64,000 nucleotides of DNA from Candidatus Nomurabacteria bacterium. Its GTDB lineage: Bacteria > Patescibacteriota > Minisyncoccia > Phycocordibacterales > UBA9973. The translations under genes were made by a program, and so were the position numbers. Of this stretch, positions 35,182-44,887 are shown one piece after another. The stretch lies in assembly GCA_029288805.1 (NCBI GenBank), contig JARIGO010000017.1:2884-66883 (forward strand). The letters run 5' to 3'. Position 1 is the stretch's first letter, and every line of letters begins with the position of its first letter. The notes under the pieces were generated by a model. It made no database searches. It was not told the DNA's origin and saw nothing but the letters and a program-made list of their open reading frames with translations.

Positions 35182-36171
35182 TTACACCTGCTTCGGCTGA
35201 TAGTCAGCGGGAGCGTTCATGAGATATTGGTTCAAGGCTTCTTGTGTGAGGAGGCCTTTTTGCGCGCCGACGAACTGTACGACTGACATTGAGTTCACTG
35301 GACCCCAACGCAACGCTTCGCCAAGCGAAAATCCTTTGAGCAATGCTACTGATACGGTGGAAGCAAATGCATCGCCAGCACCAGTACGCTCATATGCATC
35401 ATGCGGATACACAGGCATAAACCATATTTCATTTCCATCAGACGCATATGCGCCATTCATGCCGTCAGTAACGAATACGATTTTTGGCCCAAGGGCATGG
35501 AGAGCCGCTATCAAGGCCTTTGGATCCCGAGTGTTACTACCAGTAATAAGCTCCGCTTCTTCAAGGTTGCAGAAAAAGGCATACGTATTGGCATAGATGT
35601 CCTTTGATATCTCCTTATCCATTTTCATTTGAAATGTTCCAGGCTGGAACACTAGCTTCATCTCTGGGTGATCCTTTACGAAAGAGATTATTTCACGATG
35701 ATACTGCTCGGTGTGTTCGCCGAGAGAAGAAAGGTAGAGCATCTTTGGTGCCAAGGTCATAGTAGGCATGCTGACAGGAAAGGCTGCATGCTTTACCAAG
35801 ATGGTGCGTTCAGGCATATGCCACAGTACGTAGTGATAGTTTGTAGGAATACCATCGTGAACACCAACATAGATAGTATCAACATTATTACGTTTCAACT
35901 CGTCAAGACATCCTTCACCCTGGGCATCTTTACCGACATGGGCAAGGAGTGCGCTTTTTAATCCGAGGCGTGCAGCAGCTACGGCTGCATTGGCACTGTT
36001 ACCAACAGCCTTTACTTCCTCCATAGAATCATAAGGAATCTTGTCGCCGTAACGAAAGCAGAGCAGAGGATTGCTTCCATCAGGATCGGTTTTGACCTCT
36101 GCATCATTTACCTTGATAAAACAGTCTGTAACAATATCGCCAATGGCGAGGAAATCTAGTTGTTCATTCAT
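35182..36171 (-). CDS. PfkB-family carbohydrate kinase (ribokinase-like)
   Basis: The N-terminus reads MNEQLDFLAIGDIVTD. The C-terminal anion-hole motif is GAGDAF, followed by DTTGAGD-like context. A longer ORF up to 36189 is possible. Confidence 0.8.
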   Translation of the reverse strand: MNEQLDFLAIGDIVTDCFIKVNDAEVKTDPDGSNPLLCFRYGDKIPYDSMEEVKAVGNSANAAVAAARLGLKSALLAHVGKDAQGEGCLDELKRNNVDTIYVGVHDGIPTNYHYVLWHMPERTILVKHAAFPVSMPTMTLAPKMLYLSSLGEHTEQYHREIISFVKDHPEMKLVFQPGTFQMKMDKEISKDIYANTYAFFCNLEEAELITGSNTRDPKALIAALHALGPKIVFVTDGMNGAYASDGNEIWFMPVYPHDAYERTGAGDAFASTVSVALLKGFSLGEALRWGPVNSMSVVQFVGAQKGLLTQEALNQYLMNAPADYQPKQV

Positions 36172-36187
36172 ATGATACAATTGTAGC

Positions 36188-37054
36188 ATGAAGACATTGA
36201 AGGAATACCTGGCTGAGGCTCGAAGTGAAAAGAAGGCTATTGGTCATTTTAATTTTGCGAATATTGAAGGATTGTACGCTATAGCTCGAGCAGCAAAGGC
36301 ACTCAACGTACCGGTGATCGTTGGAACTGCGGAAGGAGAAGAAGAAGCAGTAGGCACAAAAGCGGCTGTGGCATTGGTAAAGATCATTCGTGAAGACTGG
36401 GGTATTCCAATTTTCCTGAATGCTGACCACCACTACTCATTTGCAACAGTGAAGGCTTGTATCGATGCAGGCTATGACAGTGTCATTTATGATGGTGCGA
36501 AAGGAACATTTGAAGAAAATGTTGCCATCTCAAAACAGTGCGTTGAATATGCGCGACAGGTGAGTGCGCAGACTGGCCGTGAGATCTTGGTGGAAGTAGA
36601 GCTTGGATACATTGGACAAGGTTCACAGCTTCGCGATGAAATCCCTGAAGGCATTGCCGCTATCACCAGTCCTGATGAGGCAAAATTGTTCCTTGACCAA
36701 ACTGGCGCTGATGCGTTGGCTCCAGCAGTGGGAAACTTCCACGGCATGTTGAAGCATGCGGACAAGCCTCGTTTGAACATTGACTGCATCAAGGCTATTG
36801 CCGCCATTACGGACAAGCCGCTCGTGCTTCATGGCGGTTCTGGGGAGGAAGCTGATTTTGCTGCGGCTATCGATGCCGGTATCAACATCATTCACGTCAA
36901 CACCGAGCTTCGCCGTGCATACACTTCAACGCTCAAGACATTCCTCGATCAGCACCCTGACGAAATCGCTCCCTACAAATATGGCGCTCCTGCATCACTC
37001 GCAATGGAAGCCGTTGTGACTGAAAAATTGAAGATCTTTAGCCGGATGCAATAA
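36188..37054 (+). CDS. fba: class II fructose/tagatose-bisphosphate aldolase family protein
   Basis: Motifs NADHHYSF, LHGGSG and the surrounding pattern match the class II (zinc) aldolase family. Confidence 0.85.
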   Translation: MKTLKEYLAEARSEKKAIGHFNFANIEGLYAIARAAKALNVPVIVGTAEGEEEAVGTKAAVALVKIIREDWGIPIFLNADHHYSFATVKACIDAGYDSVIYDGAKGTFEENVAISKQCVEYARQVSAQTGREILVEVELGYIGQGSQLRDEIPEGIAAITSPDEAKLFLDQTGADALAPAVGNFHGMLKHADKPRLNIDCIKAIAAITDKPLVLHGGSGEEADFAAAIDAGINIIHVNTELRRAYTSTLKTFLDQHPDEIAPYKYGAPASLAMEAVVTEKLKIFSRMQ

Positions 37055-37059
37055 TATAC

Positions 37060-38724
37060 ATGCTTAACGTCTCAGATCTACAAAAGAATGTTCACGGGGA
37101 AGTAATGGCGGATGATCCGACATTGGAAAAGTATTCGAGAGATGCGTCATTGTTTGAGGTCCGACCGCAGGCAGTGGTATTTCCAAAAGATGCTGCGGAT
37201 GTGGAAGCCGTAGTGAAATATGTAGCTGAGCACAAGGCTGCTGATCCAAGCTTGTCTGTCACTGCTCGTTCTGCTGGTACGGACATGTCAGGAGGTCCAT
37301 TGAATGAAGGCATTATCATGGATTTCAATAAGTACATGAATGCGCTTATTTCCGTTGATGACGAAAAGGGCATTGCGCAGCCAGGACTTTTTTATCGTGA
37401 TTTCGAAAAAGAGACGTTGAAGCGCAATCGTATATTGCCATGCTATACCGCCTCAAAAGATTTGAACACTGTTGGCGGTATGTCAGCCAATAACTCGGGG
37501 GGAGAGAAGTCTATCAAGTATGGCAAGACTGAGCAGTATGTTCGTCGTCAGAAAGTAGTCTTTAGTGATGGTAATGAATATGAAGTAAAGCCGCTCACTA
37601 AGGCCGAGCTTGATGTCAAGATGGCGCAGAATGACTTTGAAGGAAAGATCTACAAACAAGTGTTTGATCTCATCGACATGCACTATGATGAAATCGAGGC
37701 AGCCAAGCCTCATGTTTCCAAAAATTCTGCAGGATACTATTTGTGGAATGTCTGGGATAAGGAGAAACAAATCTTTGATCTCAACAAACTGCTTGTCGGT
37801 TCACAGGGAACATTGGCAATGATTACAGAAGTGGAACTTGGTCTCGTGCCAGTACCGAAGTATTCAAAAATGGTTGTTATGTTTTTGCCAACGATCAATC
37901 GTCTCGGCGAAGTAGTAGACACTATCATGAAGTATGAGCCGGAAAGTTTCGAGTCATACGATGACTATAGTATGAAGCTCGCTATCAAGTTCTCATTTGA
38001 TTTCTTCTCGCAACTCGGCTTTTGGGGCGCTATCAAGCTTGGTATTCAGTTTATTCCAGACTTGCTGCGTGTAGTGTTCGGCGGTGTTCCGAAATTAATT
38101 CTCATGGCAGAAGTAACGGGAGACAACGAAGAAGAAGTATTGCAACGTGCTGAAGCCATCAAGACAGCCGTGAAGCCATTCAAGTATCAGACACATGTTG
38201 CGCGTAGTGCCGCTCAGGTGGAGAAGTACTGGAAGATTCGTCGCGAGAGTTTCAATCTTCTTCGCAAACACGTGAAGGGAAAGCAAACAGCACCATTTAT
38301 CGACGACATTATCGTTGATCCACACAAGATGCCGGAATTCCTTCCAAAGCTCCAATCCATCCTGGATCAATACAAATTGATTTACACTATTGCCGGTCAT
38401 GCAGGTAACGGCAACTTCCACATTATTCCGTTGATGGATCTCAATAACCCAATCTCGAGTGACATTATTCTTGATCTTTCCAAGAAGGTGTACCAGCTCG
38501 TAGCGGACTACGGTGGCTCTATTACTGCTGAACACAACGACGGTATTATCCGCACACCATTCCTTCCATATATGTATAAGCCTGACATTATCCAATATTT
38601 CGCCAAGGTAAAGGAGATTTTTGACCCTCAGGACATATTCAACCCAGGCAAGAAGGTGGGAGGCTCATTTGACTATATTGCAGCCCATCTCGTTAAATCC
38701 CATAACGTAGAGCATGGGTCTTGA
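37060..38724 (+). CDS. FAD-linked oxidase (GlcD/D-lactate dehydrogenase-like) with C-terminal FAD-oxidase_C domain
   Basis: FAD-binding PCMH domain motifs are present (VVFPKDAADVEAVVKY ... RSAGTDMSGGPL). The C-terminus ends HNDGIIRTPF. Confidence 0.8.
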   Translation: MLNVSDLQKNVHGEVMADDPTLEKYSRDASLFEVRPQAVVFPKDAADVEAVVKYVAEHKAADPSLSVTARSAGTDMSGGPLNEGIIMDFNKYMNALISVDDEKGIAQPGLFYRDFEKETLKRNRILPCYTASKDLNTVGGMSANNSGGEKSIKYGKTEQYVRRQKVVFSDGNEYEVKPLTKAELDVKMAQNDFEGKIYKQVFDLIDMHYDEIEAAKPHVSKNSAGYYLWNVWDKEKQIFDLNKLLVGSQGTLAMITEVELGLVPVPKYSKMVVMFLPTINRLGEVVDTIMKYEPESFESYDDYSMKLAIKFSFDFFSQLGFWGAIKLGIQFIPDLLRVVFGGVPKLILMAEVTGDNEEEVLQRAEAIKTAVKPFKYQTHVARSAAQVEKYWKIRRESFNLLRKHVKGKQTAPFIDDIIVDPHKMPEFLPKLQSILDQYKLIYTIAGHAGNGNFHIIPLMDLNNPISSDIILDLSKKVYQLVADYGGSITAEHNDGIIRTPFLPYMYKPDIIQYFAKVKEIFDPQDIFNPGKKVGGSFDYIAAHLVKSHNVEHGS

Positions 38725-38729
38725 ATAAA

Positions 38730-38760
38730 AACGCCTGCTCAAATGAGAGCAGGCGTTTGC
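38730..38760 (+). terminator. terminator hairpin AACGCCTGCTC-aaatga-GAGCAGGCGTT
   Basis: An 11-bp stem is followed by TGCTTAT, a weak U-tract. Confidence 0.55.
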
Positions 38761-38785
38761 TTATAGGTATTCCTTCTTTAAATCA

Positions 38786-39178
38786 TCAATCTCTCTGAAC
38801 CAGAATGTTTCGAAATATGTATTCTTTTACAGGAGTGATTTCTTTCTCTAAATTCTTTATTTTCTGAAGAGTATATTTTTTAATTTCCTCTGAGTGAAAT
38901 GATGAAAATTTTTCCAACCTCTTTTTAAAAATAACAGGGGGTCCCAATGCGATTCCTAATATAGAACATAAAATAAAATGTGAAATTATACCTATTAACA
39001 CGTCCTTAGAAGTAATTGGTATACCATCGTGGAGTACTAATAGATATGAAGTTAACGTGCAGAGCATACCGCCGATAAAACCTCCTTGAAATATGGCCAA
39101 TAATTTCCCTGAGAGTGATTTGCTATAAAGCTCCCTTTCTATCGTGAATGATTTCATGTGTTGTTTTTTTGAAACCAT
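38786..39178 (-). CDS. hypothetical membrane protein, 130 aa (2 TM)
   Basis: The ORF is clean and has two hydrophobic helices. Confidence 0.5.
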   Translation of the reverse strand: MVSKKQHMKSFTIERELYSKSLSGKLLAIFQGGFIGGMLCTLTSYLLVLHDGIPITSKDVLIGIISHFILCSILGIALGPPVIFKKRLEKFSSFHSEEIKKYTLQKIKNLEKEITPVKEYIFRNILVQRD

Positions 39179-39255
39179 ATAATTTATTTAGCGCCAAGTC
39201 AATAATTATTATTTTCTTTAAATATCCTTGAGTAACATTTTGTTACATTGTTTCA

Positions 39256-39738
39256 ATGGGCAATTACGCTTTTATTGATAGTCAGAATGTTCATTTGGCA
39301 ATTCGAATGCAGGGATGGGAAATAGACTGGAAACGTTTCTGTATATATCTTAAGGAAAAGTATCAAGTCCAAAAAGCTTTTCTTTTTATCGGGTATGTTC
39401 CAGGAAATGATGAACTATATAAGCAACTTCAAGAAAGTGGCTTCATTTGCATATTTAAGCCGACTATTACTAACCAACAAGGGAAGATAAAGGGGAATAT
39501 AGATGCAGAGTTAATACTGCACACCATGGTTGAAATTAATAAATTCGACAAAGCAGTTATTGTCACGGGAGATGGGGACTTTTATTGTCTTATTAATCAT
39601 TTGATATCACAAAACAAGTTAGAGATTTTACTAGTACCAAATAGGCACCGATATTCTGCTCTTTTGAAGTTAAAACGTATCAATAAATATAGAAATTACA
39701 TGAATGACTTAAGGGGTAAAATAAAAAAGGCCCCGTAG
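39256..39738 (+). CDS. NYN-domain (LabA-like, PIN-related) protein
   Basis: The acidic-residue pattern AFIDSQN ... GNIDAEL ... VIVTGDGDF matches NYN/LabA nucleases. Confidence 0.75.
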   Translation: MGNYAFIDSQNVHLAIRMQGWEIDWKRFCIYLKEKYQVQKAFLFIGYVPGNDELYKQLQESGFICIFKPTITNQQGKIKGNIDAELILHTMVEINKFDKAVIVTGDGDFYCLINHLISQNKLEILLVPNRHRYSALLKLKRINKYRNYMNDLRGKIKKAP

Positions 39739-39812
39739 GTATTTCTCCTAAAGGGTGGTCTTTTTTGCTCGTGATAATACCAGTATATTCGATCGGCATC
39801 GATTGTCAAATG

Positions 39813-39840
39813 TTGCATATTTTGCGTTTTTCAGTATACT
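39813..39840 (+). promoter_or_regulatory. sigma70-like promoter upstream of rplY: TTGCAT, 16-nt spacer, TATACT
   Basis: The -35 hexamer is at 39813-39818 and the -10 at 39835-39840. The start codon is at 39843, so the leader is very short. Confidence 0.4.
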
Positions 39841-39842
39841 AA

Positions 39843-40469
39843 GTGCCTATGATTACCCTAGAAGCAACACAGCGAAATGGCTCTCCAGCAGCTCTTCGCG
39901 CACAAGAATTAGTTCCAGCAGTGTATTACGGTGCTGGTAAGGACGCAGTTTCTATTGCTATTTCAGCAAAGGATTTTATTAAGGTTTACAAGGAAGCAGG
40001 AGAAACTACTGCAGTGACTCTTACAATCGGTGGTGAAAAAATCAGTACGCTTATCCATGACATTCAACGTGATCCAATCGATGGCAGTGCTACACACGTA
40101 GACTTTCTCGTGATCGACATGAAGAAGGAAATCGAAGTGGCAGTACCGCTTGAATTCACTGGTACAGCTGAAGCCGAAAAGAACGGTCTCGGAACATTGG
40201 TGAAGGTGCTTCATGAAGTGCACGTAACAGCGCTTCCTGCAAACTTGCCACACGCCCTTGAGATTGACATTACAGGTCTCGACTCACTCGATAGTCAGAT
40301 TCACGTGAAGGACATCAAGCTTCCATCTGGTGTAACTATGGTTACTGATGGGGAAGAAGTTGTTGCTTCTATGAACGCATACGTTGAAGAAAAGGAAGAA
40401 GAAACAGCTGCTCCAGACCTCTCAGCTATTGAAGTAGAAAAGAAAGGAAAACAAGAAGACGAGGAATAA
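39843..40469 (+). CDS. rplY: 50S ribosomal protein L25 / general stress protein Ctc form
   Basis: The protein reads ITLEATQRNG and has the L25 beta-barrel pattern (AVYYGAGKD) plus the acidic C-terminal tail typical of Ctc. Confidence 0.85.
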   Translation: MPMITLEATQRNGSPAALRAQELVPAVYYGAGKDAVSIAISAKDFIKVYKEAGETTAVTLTIGGEKISTLIHDIQRDPIDGSATHVDFLVIDMKKEIEVAVPLEFTGTAEAEKNGLGTLVKVLHEVHVTALPANLPHALEIDITGLDSLDSQIHVKDIKLPSGVTMVTDGEEVVASMNAYVEEKEEETAAPDLSAIEVEKKGKQEDEE

Positions 40470-40527
40470 TTGATTTCGTCAATAGTTTTCGATGTAAGAC
40501 TCCTGGTATACTAGGAGTCTTATTGTT

Positions 40528-41907
40528 ATGTACAAAAAGATATTCATTATAGCTTCAATATTGCTTATCCCGCTGGCGTATACAACATTCCTCCTTGTTA
40601 CTCCAGTAGAAGCAGATGCTGCCACTCCAGCAGTTTGTACTAACCCTAGTAATTCGGACATTGCTCAAGCGTGTGCCGATTATGCGTCCGAAAATCAAGT
40701 ATTGGCTAACCTTCAAGCTCAGCTAGCCGCTCAAAAGAACAAAAGTGGTTCATTGCAAAAGAATGTAAGTTCCTTGGTTTCTCAAATTTCTGCCACTCAG
40801 TCAAAGATCTCTGGTGAAATCAGCACTATCAATAGTCTGAGCTTGGAAATTGGCCAAAAGCAAAAGGCTATTACCGACCTCAACACTGAGCTCGACCAAC
40901 AGCATGCTTCAATGGCGCAATTGCTCGTGAAGACCGATGAGATCGATCAGGAAGGCGCTGAGTACGTATTGCTCAGTGCTGACTCTATTTCAAACTTCTA
41001 CCAAGACTTAGATGACTTTTTCTCAATCAAGCAGTCACTATACGCTTCTTTAAATACTGTAAAACAAATCAAGAACACTACTGAGACCCAGGAGCAAGAA
41101 TTGCAGGACAAGCAGTCCCAGGCATTGAACGCAAAGAATGCGTTGCAAAGTCAAAAGAATCAATTGGCAACCAATCAACAGCAAGTACAACAGCTGCTCA
41201 ACAGCAGTAAGTCAGCCGAAGCTCAGGATTCCACTCTTATCAAGCAGCAGCAAGCCAAAGTGGCCGCTATCGAAAGTAAGCTCTTCAGTTTTGCCGGTGG
41301 TGCTACCGGTGCTATTCCATTCAGTCAGGCATATGCATATGCAACCACTGCGCAAAATGCCACCGGCGTACCGGCCGCATTTACGTTGGCTATTTTGACT
41401 CAGGAATCAAACTTGGGTAAGAACGTCGGTACTTGTAACCGTGCCGGTGACCCACCATCAAAGAGTTACTTGAATGTCATGAACCCAACACGTGATCAGC
41501 CGGACTTCCTAAAGATCACGGCAGCCTTGGGTCTCGACCCTGCTACTACTCCTGTGTCATGTCCTATCGGTGGCGGCGGATGGGGGGGTGCTATGGGTCC
41601 TGCGCAGTTCATTCCTTCAACATGGGTCGGTATTGCTCCTCAGGTGGCGGCTGCATTGGGTGAAGGCGCAGCAAATCCATGGAATGCTCGAGACGCTATT
41701 ATGGCTTCTGCTGTTTATTTGAAAGCTCGCGGAGCGGGAAGTGACGAAACCAGTGAGCGCAATGCCGCTTGTAAATACTATTCAGGACGTTCTTGTGACG
41801 GTAAGTCACCTCCAAACAGTTTTTACGGAAACAGCGTCATGACCCTTACTCGCAGTATCCAGGCTGATATTGACTATTTGGTACAATATGGCGTATCAAG
41901 ACGGTAA
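40528..41907 (+). CDS. secreted coiled-coil protein with C-terminal lytic-transglycosylase-like domain
   Basis: A signal/TM segment is followed by an approximately 250-aa Q/N/S-rich coiled coil. The C-terminal domain carries the catalytic-region motif AILTQESNLG and GPAQFIPSTW, characteristic of MltB/Slt-type lytic transglycosylases. Confidence 0.7.
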   Translation: MYKKIFIIASILLIPLAYTTFLLVTPVEADAATPAVCTNPSNSDIAQACADYASENQVLANLQAQLAAQKNKSGSLQKNVSSLVSQISATQSKISGEISTINSLSLEIGQKQKAITDLNTELDQQHASMAQLLVKTDEIDQEGAEYVLLSADSISNFYQDLDDFFSIKQSLYASLNTVKQIKNTTETQEQELQDKQSQALNAKNALQSQKNQLATNQQQVQQLLNSSKSAEAQDSTLIKQQQAKVAAIESKLFSFAGGATGAIPFSQAYAYATTAQNATGVPAAFTLAILTQESNLGKNVGTCNRAGDPPSKSYLNVMNPTRDQPDFLKITAALGLDPATTPVSCPIGGGGWGGAMGPAQFIPSTWVGIAPQVAAALGEGAANPWNARDAIMASAVYLKARGAGSDETSERNAACKYYSGRSCDGKSPPNSFYGNSVMTLTRSIQADIDYLVQYGVSRR

Positions 41908-41953
41908 TAAAAGGGCTTGAAATCCTATAAAACTATGCTACAATAGACCCACT

Positions 41954-42208
41954 ATGAAAAAAGATACCCATCCAAAGAACTTCCGGGACGTTGTGTTCCA
42001 CGATAACTCTTCTGATGCAGAATTCGTTATTGCTTCAACAGTGAAGACTACAGAAACTACTACAAAAGACGGTAAGGAATACCCTATGTTCCGCGTAGAA
42101 ATTTCTAGTGCCTCTCATCCGTTTTACACTGGTACTGAAAAGGTTATCGACACTGCTGGACGTGTGGATCGCTTCAACAAGCGCCGCGCTGCTTCTGCAA
42201 AGAAGTAA
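41954..42208 (+). CDS. rpmE: 50S ribosomal protein L31, type B (no zinc ribbon)
   Basis: The protein reads [15 protein letters not shown] ... HPFYTG ... RFNKR. There is no CxxC pair. Confidence 0.8.
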   Translation: MKKDTHPKNFRDVVFHDNSSDAEFVIASTVKTTETTTKDGKEYPMFRVEISSASHPFYTGTEKVIDTAGRVDRFNKRRAASAKK

Positions 42209-42213
42209 CTCCA

Positions 42214-42246
42214 ACAAAAAACGCCCTTTAAAGGCGTTTTTTGTTT
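42214..42246 (+). terminator. rho-independent terminator after rpmE
   Basis: The hairpin AACGCC-ctttaaa-GGCGTT is followed by TTTTTTGTTTT. Confidence 0.7.
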
Positions 42247-42255
42247 TACCAAAAT

Positions 42256-43191
42256 ATGAACCTCGAAGAATTAAAAAAGAATCCTAAGACCCAATACCTT
42301 GCACAGCAGTACGAGCAGCTTTTGCTGCAGGAGGAAGAAACCAGGGCGTTGGCAGAAAGCGATGAGTCAATGAAGGAAATGGCTCAGGATGAATTGCAGG
42401 CTATTGAGGTTCAGAAGAAAGCTATTGAAGAGCAAGTAAAAGCTATTGAGGAATCAGAACGTGAGGAAGAGGAATTCCCTAATGAAATCATCTTGGAAGC
42501 CCGTGCTGGTGCAGGGGGTGACGAGGCTGCATTGTTTGCGGAACAACTCGTGGAAATGTATACGCGTTTTGCAGAATCAAAAGGATGGCAGACAAAAAAG
42601 ATTGACGACATGACGCTTGAAATAAAGGGTAAGGATGTCTATCGTTTGCTTCGTTTTGAGACAGGAGTGCATCGTGTACAGCGCGTACCCGTAACCGAAA
42701 AGAACGGCCGTATTCACACTTCAACTGCATCCATCGCCATTTTGCCAATCAAGAAAAAGGTGAAATTTGAAATCAATCCTTCTGACCTTGATATGGAGTA
42801 CTCTCGTTCCGGTGGAGCAGGAGGGCAGAACGTCAACAAGGTTGAAACGGCAGTGCGTCTTATTCACCGTCCGACTGGTATCGACGTGCGTTCAACCAGT
42901 GAGCGCAGTCAGCTGGCAAACCGCGAAAAGGCGTTGCAGATTTTGACTGCTAAGCTTCAGCAAATGAAAGAGGAAGAAGAAGCTAAGAAATATGCTGGTG
43001 ACCGCAAGAACCAAATCGGTACCGCTGATCGCAGTGAGAAGATTCGCACGTACAACTTCCCGCAGGATCGCGTGACCGACCACCGTATTCGTCAGAACTT
43101 CTCCAACATCGAAGGCATTATGCTCGGTAAGTTGGATAAGATTATTGATGCAATGCAGAGTGGTGAGGTAGGTGAGGCAGAAGAAGAGTAG
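42256..43191 (+). CDS. prfA: peptide chain release factor 1
   Basis: The GGQ motif is [11 protein letters not shown]. The tripeptide anticodon is P-V-T (RVPVTE), which is RF1-type, not the SPF of RF2. The track ORF start at 42241 is a TTG inside the terminator T-run; ATG 42256 (MNLEEL) is preferred. Confidence 0.85.
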   Translation: MNLEELKKNPKTQYLAQQYEQLLLQEEETRALAESDESMKEMAQDELQAIEVQKKAIEEQVKAIEESEREEEEFPNEIILEARAGAGGDEAALFAEQLVEMYTRFAESKGWQTKKIDDMTLEIKGKDVYRLLRFETGVHRVQRVPVTEKNGRIHTSTASIAILPIKKKVKFEINPSDLDMEYSRSGGAGGQNVNKVETAVRLIHRPTGIDVRSTSERSQLANREKALQILTAKLQQMKEEEEAKKYAGDRKNQIGTADRSEKIRTYNFPQDRVTDHRIRQNFSNIEGIMLGKLDKIIDAMQSGEVGEAEEE

Positions 43192-43235
43192 CTTGAAAAA
43201 ACTGAAAAATTTGATATAGTTATTCAGCTACGAAT

Positions 43236-43307
43236 GCGTGTATAGTTCAGTGGTAGAACGCTGTCCTGATAAGACAGAGGTCCTTGGTCCGATTCCAAGT
43301 ACACGCA
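43236..43307 (+). tRNA. tRNA-Ile (anticodon GAT)
   Basis: The acceptor GCGTGTA/TACACGC is perfect. The D-arm is GTTC-AGTGGTA-GAAC. The anticodon stem CTGTC/GACAG carries loop CTGATAA (anticodon GAU). The T-arm is CTTGG-TCCGATT-CCAAG and the discriminator is A. Confidence 0.85.
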
Positions 43308-43310
43308 CAA

Positions 43311-43352
43311 CAAATGTCCTCCCATACTATGGGAGGACATTTGCATTTTTTA
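43311..43352 (+). terminator. strong terminator directly after tRNA-Ile (13-bp perfect stem)
   Basis: CAAATGTCCTCCC-atactat-GGGAGGACATTTG is followed by CATTTTTTAC. Confidence 0.65.
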
Positions 43353-43394
43353 CTAAATATTGTATAATTTACAAAAAGAAAGGAGGTATTATAT

Positions 43395-44123
43395 ATGGAA
43401 TTATCTAAGAATAATGCTTTATACAAAGGCAATGTTCCGCTTGATAATGAGTTTAAAAGAAAAGAATATATCAATGAGCATGCGAGATTTTTGAAAGAGA
43501 GGCTAACCTTGGCGTTCGCTGACCTGAAAGATCAAAAGTTTATACTTGAGCATAGTGTGTATCTTGAAGAGAATAAGCGTGCAAATATGGTATTTCATGC
43601 AACATATGATTGCATTACTATAAATAACATCAAGGTTCAATTTCAATTTGTGCTTGATCTGAGAAATCTCTTTAACAGAAACAAGATAGAATTTGCCAAC
43701 TCACGATTCTGTAAGATACAGGTGCCGGTTCATTCCCGTAGATACGGTCTTTATAACACCGTACGGCATCAGTTGGTTATCTGGAACACGGGGGCACTGA
43801 CAGAAACATTGTTCTTGAGCTTTTTGCAGTCAATCAGTAGCCGATACAGTAGAATTGTTCGCGTGTACAAAACAAGCGTGTATAGTGATAAAGTTCTCGG
43901 TATTGATTTCGTGGTATGTTTGCTGACAAAGCCATATTATGAGGAAAAAAAGATTTTTTTTAACGTAAAGTCATCAGAAAATTTTTTGGAAAAGCATAAG
44001 AGTAAGTTTCCAAACATCAGTACATTTGTTTTTAGTAAAATGTACCTCTCTGATGAGAATGCACTAGAGAAAAACTTTTTACGCTTCTTAATAAGAGCTT
44101 CAAAGGAAACTGTTCATATGTAA
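43395..44123 (+). CDS. hypothetical protein, 242 aa, markedly AT-rich orphan gene downstream of tRNA-Ile
   Basis: The ORF is clean and has a GGAGG RBS at 43380-43384. Its composition is visibly lower in GC than the flanking genes. No family was recognised. Confidence 0.55.
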   Translation: MELSKNNALYKGNVPLDNEFKRKEYINEHARFLKERLTLAFADLKDQKFILEHSVYLEENKRANMVFHATYDCITINNIKVQFQFVLDLRNLFNRNKIEFANSRFCKIQVPVHSRRYGLYNTVRHQLVIWNTGALTETLFLSFLQSISSRYSRIVRVYKTSVYSDKVLGIDFVVCLLTKPYYEEKKIFFNVKSSENFLEKHKSKFPNISTFVFSKMYLSDENALEKNFLRFLIRASKETVHM

Positions 44124-44130
44124 TGTTCAT

Positions 44131-44158
44131 AAAGCCCGACAGACGTCGGGCTTTATTA
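44131..44158 (+). terminator. rho-independent terminator
   Basis: The hairpin AAAGCCCGAC-aga-CGTCGGGCTTT is followed by a T-rich tract. Confidence 0.65.
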
Positions 44159-44196
44159 TGTTTACATTTTTTCAAACTGCTATAGTATAGACGTAT

Positions 44197-44883
44197 ATGA
44201 CGCTATATATAGTAGCCACTCCAATAGGGAACCTCGCAGACTGCTCTCCTCGAGCAAAGGAAATGCTTCAGGAAGCGACGCTTATTATTGCGGAAGACAC
44301 TCGTACTACGGGGCAGCTTTTGAAATTGCTCGGCATAGAAGGCAAGAAGGAGTTCAAATCTTCTCATGCACAAAGCAGTCCAGCGGAATTGGAGAAAACT
44401 CTGGATGCATGTGCACTGCACGAAACCATCTGCCTGGTCACTGATGCTGGCACGCCGGCTATCTCTGACCCCGGTTCATTTTTCATACAGCATTTTCGTA
44501 CACGATATCCTGATGCAATAGTAGCCCCCATTCCAGGACCATCCGCTGTCATTGCAGCACTGTCAGTATCAGGTTTTCCGAGTTCTCATTTTGAATTCCT
44601 CGGCTTCATTCCGCACAAAAAGGGAAGACAGACCCTCTTTCAGTCTTTGGCCGACAAAGAACATACAGTCGTCCTATATGAGTCACCACACCGTATTTTG
44701 AAGACGCTGGAATCGCTTCGTGAGACCTTGCCTCACGACAGGCAGATTATGGTGGGCCGCGAAATGACCAAACAGTTTGAGGAATATCCCGTCAGTACCG
44801 CCACAGAATTGCTGGAATATTACACAAGTCATCCTGACAAGGTTCGGGGAGAGTTTGTCGTAGTAATATCTCCAAGTTCATAG
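44197..44883 (+). CDS. rsmI: 16S rRNA (cytidine1402-2'-O)-methyltransferase RsmI (tetrapyrrole-methylase fold)
   Basis: The protein reads MTLYIVATPIGNLADCSPRAKEMLQEATLIIAEDTRTTGQLL and has the LYESPHR motif. Confidence 0.85.
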   Translation: MTLYIVATPIGNLADCSPRAKEMLQEATLIIAEDTRTTGQLLKLLGIEGKKEFKSSHAQSSPAELEKTLDACALHETICLVTDAGTPAISDPGSFFIQHFRTRYPDAIVAPIPGPSAVIAALSVSGFPSSHFEFLGFIPHKKGRQTLFQSLADKEHTVVLYESPHRILKTLESLRETLPHDRQIMVGREMTKQFEEYPVSTATELLEYYTSHPDKVRGEFVVVISPSS

Positions 44884-44887
44884 TGAA

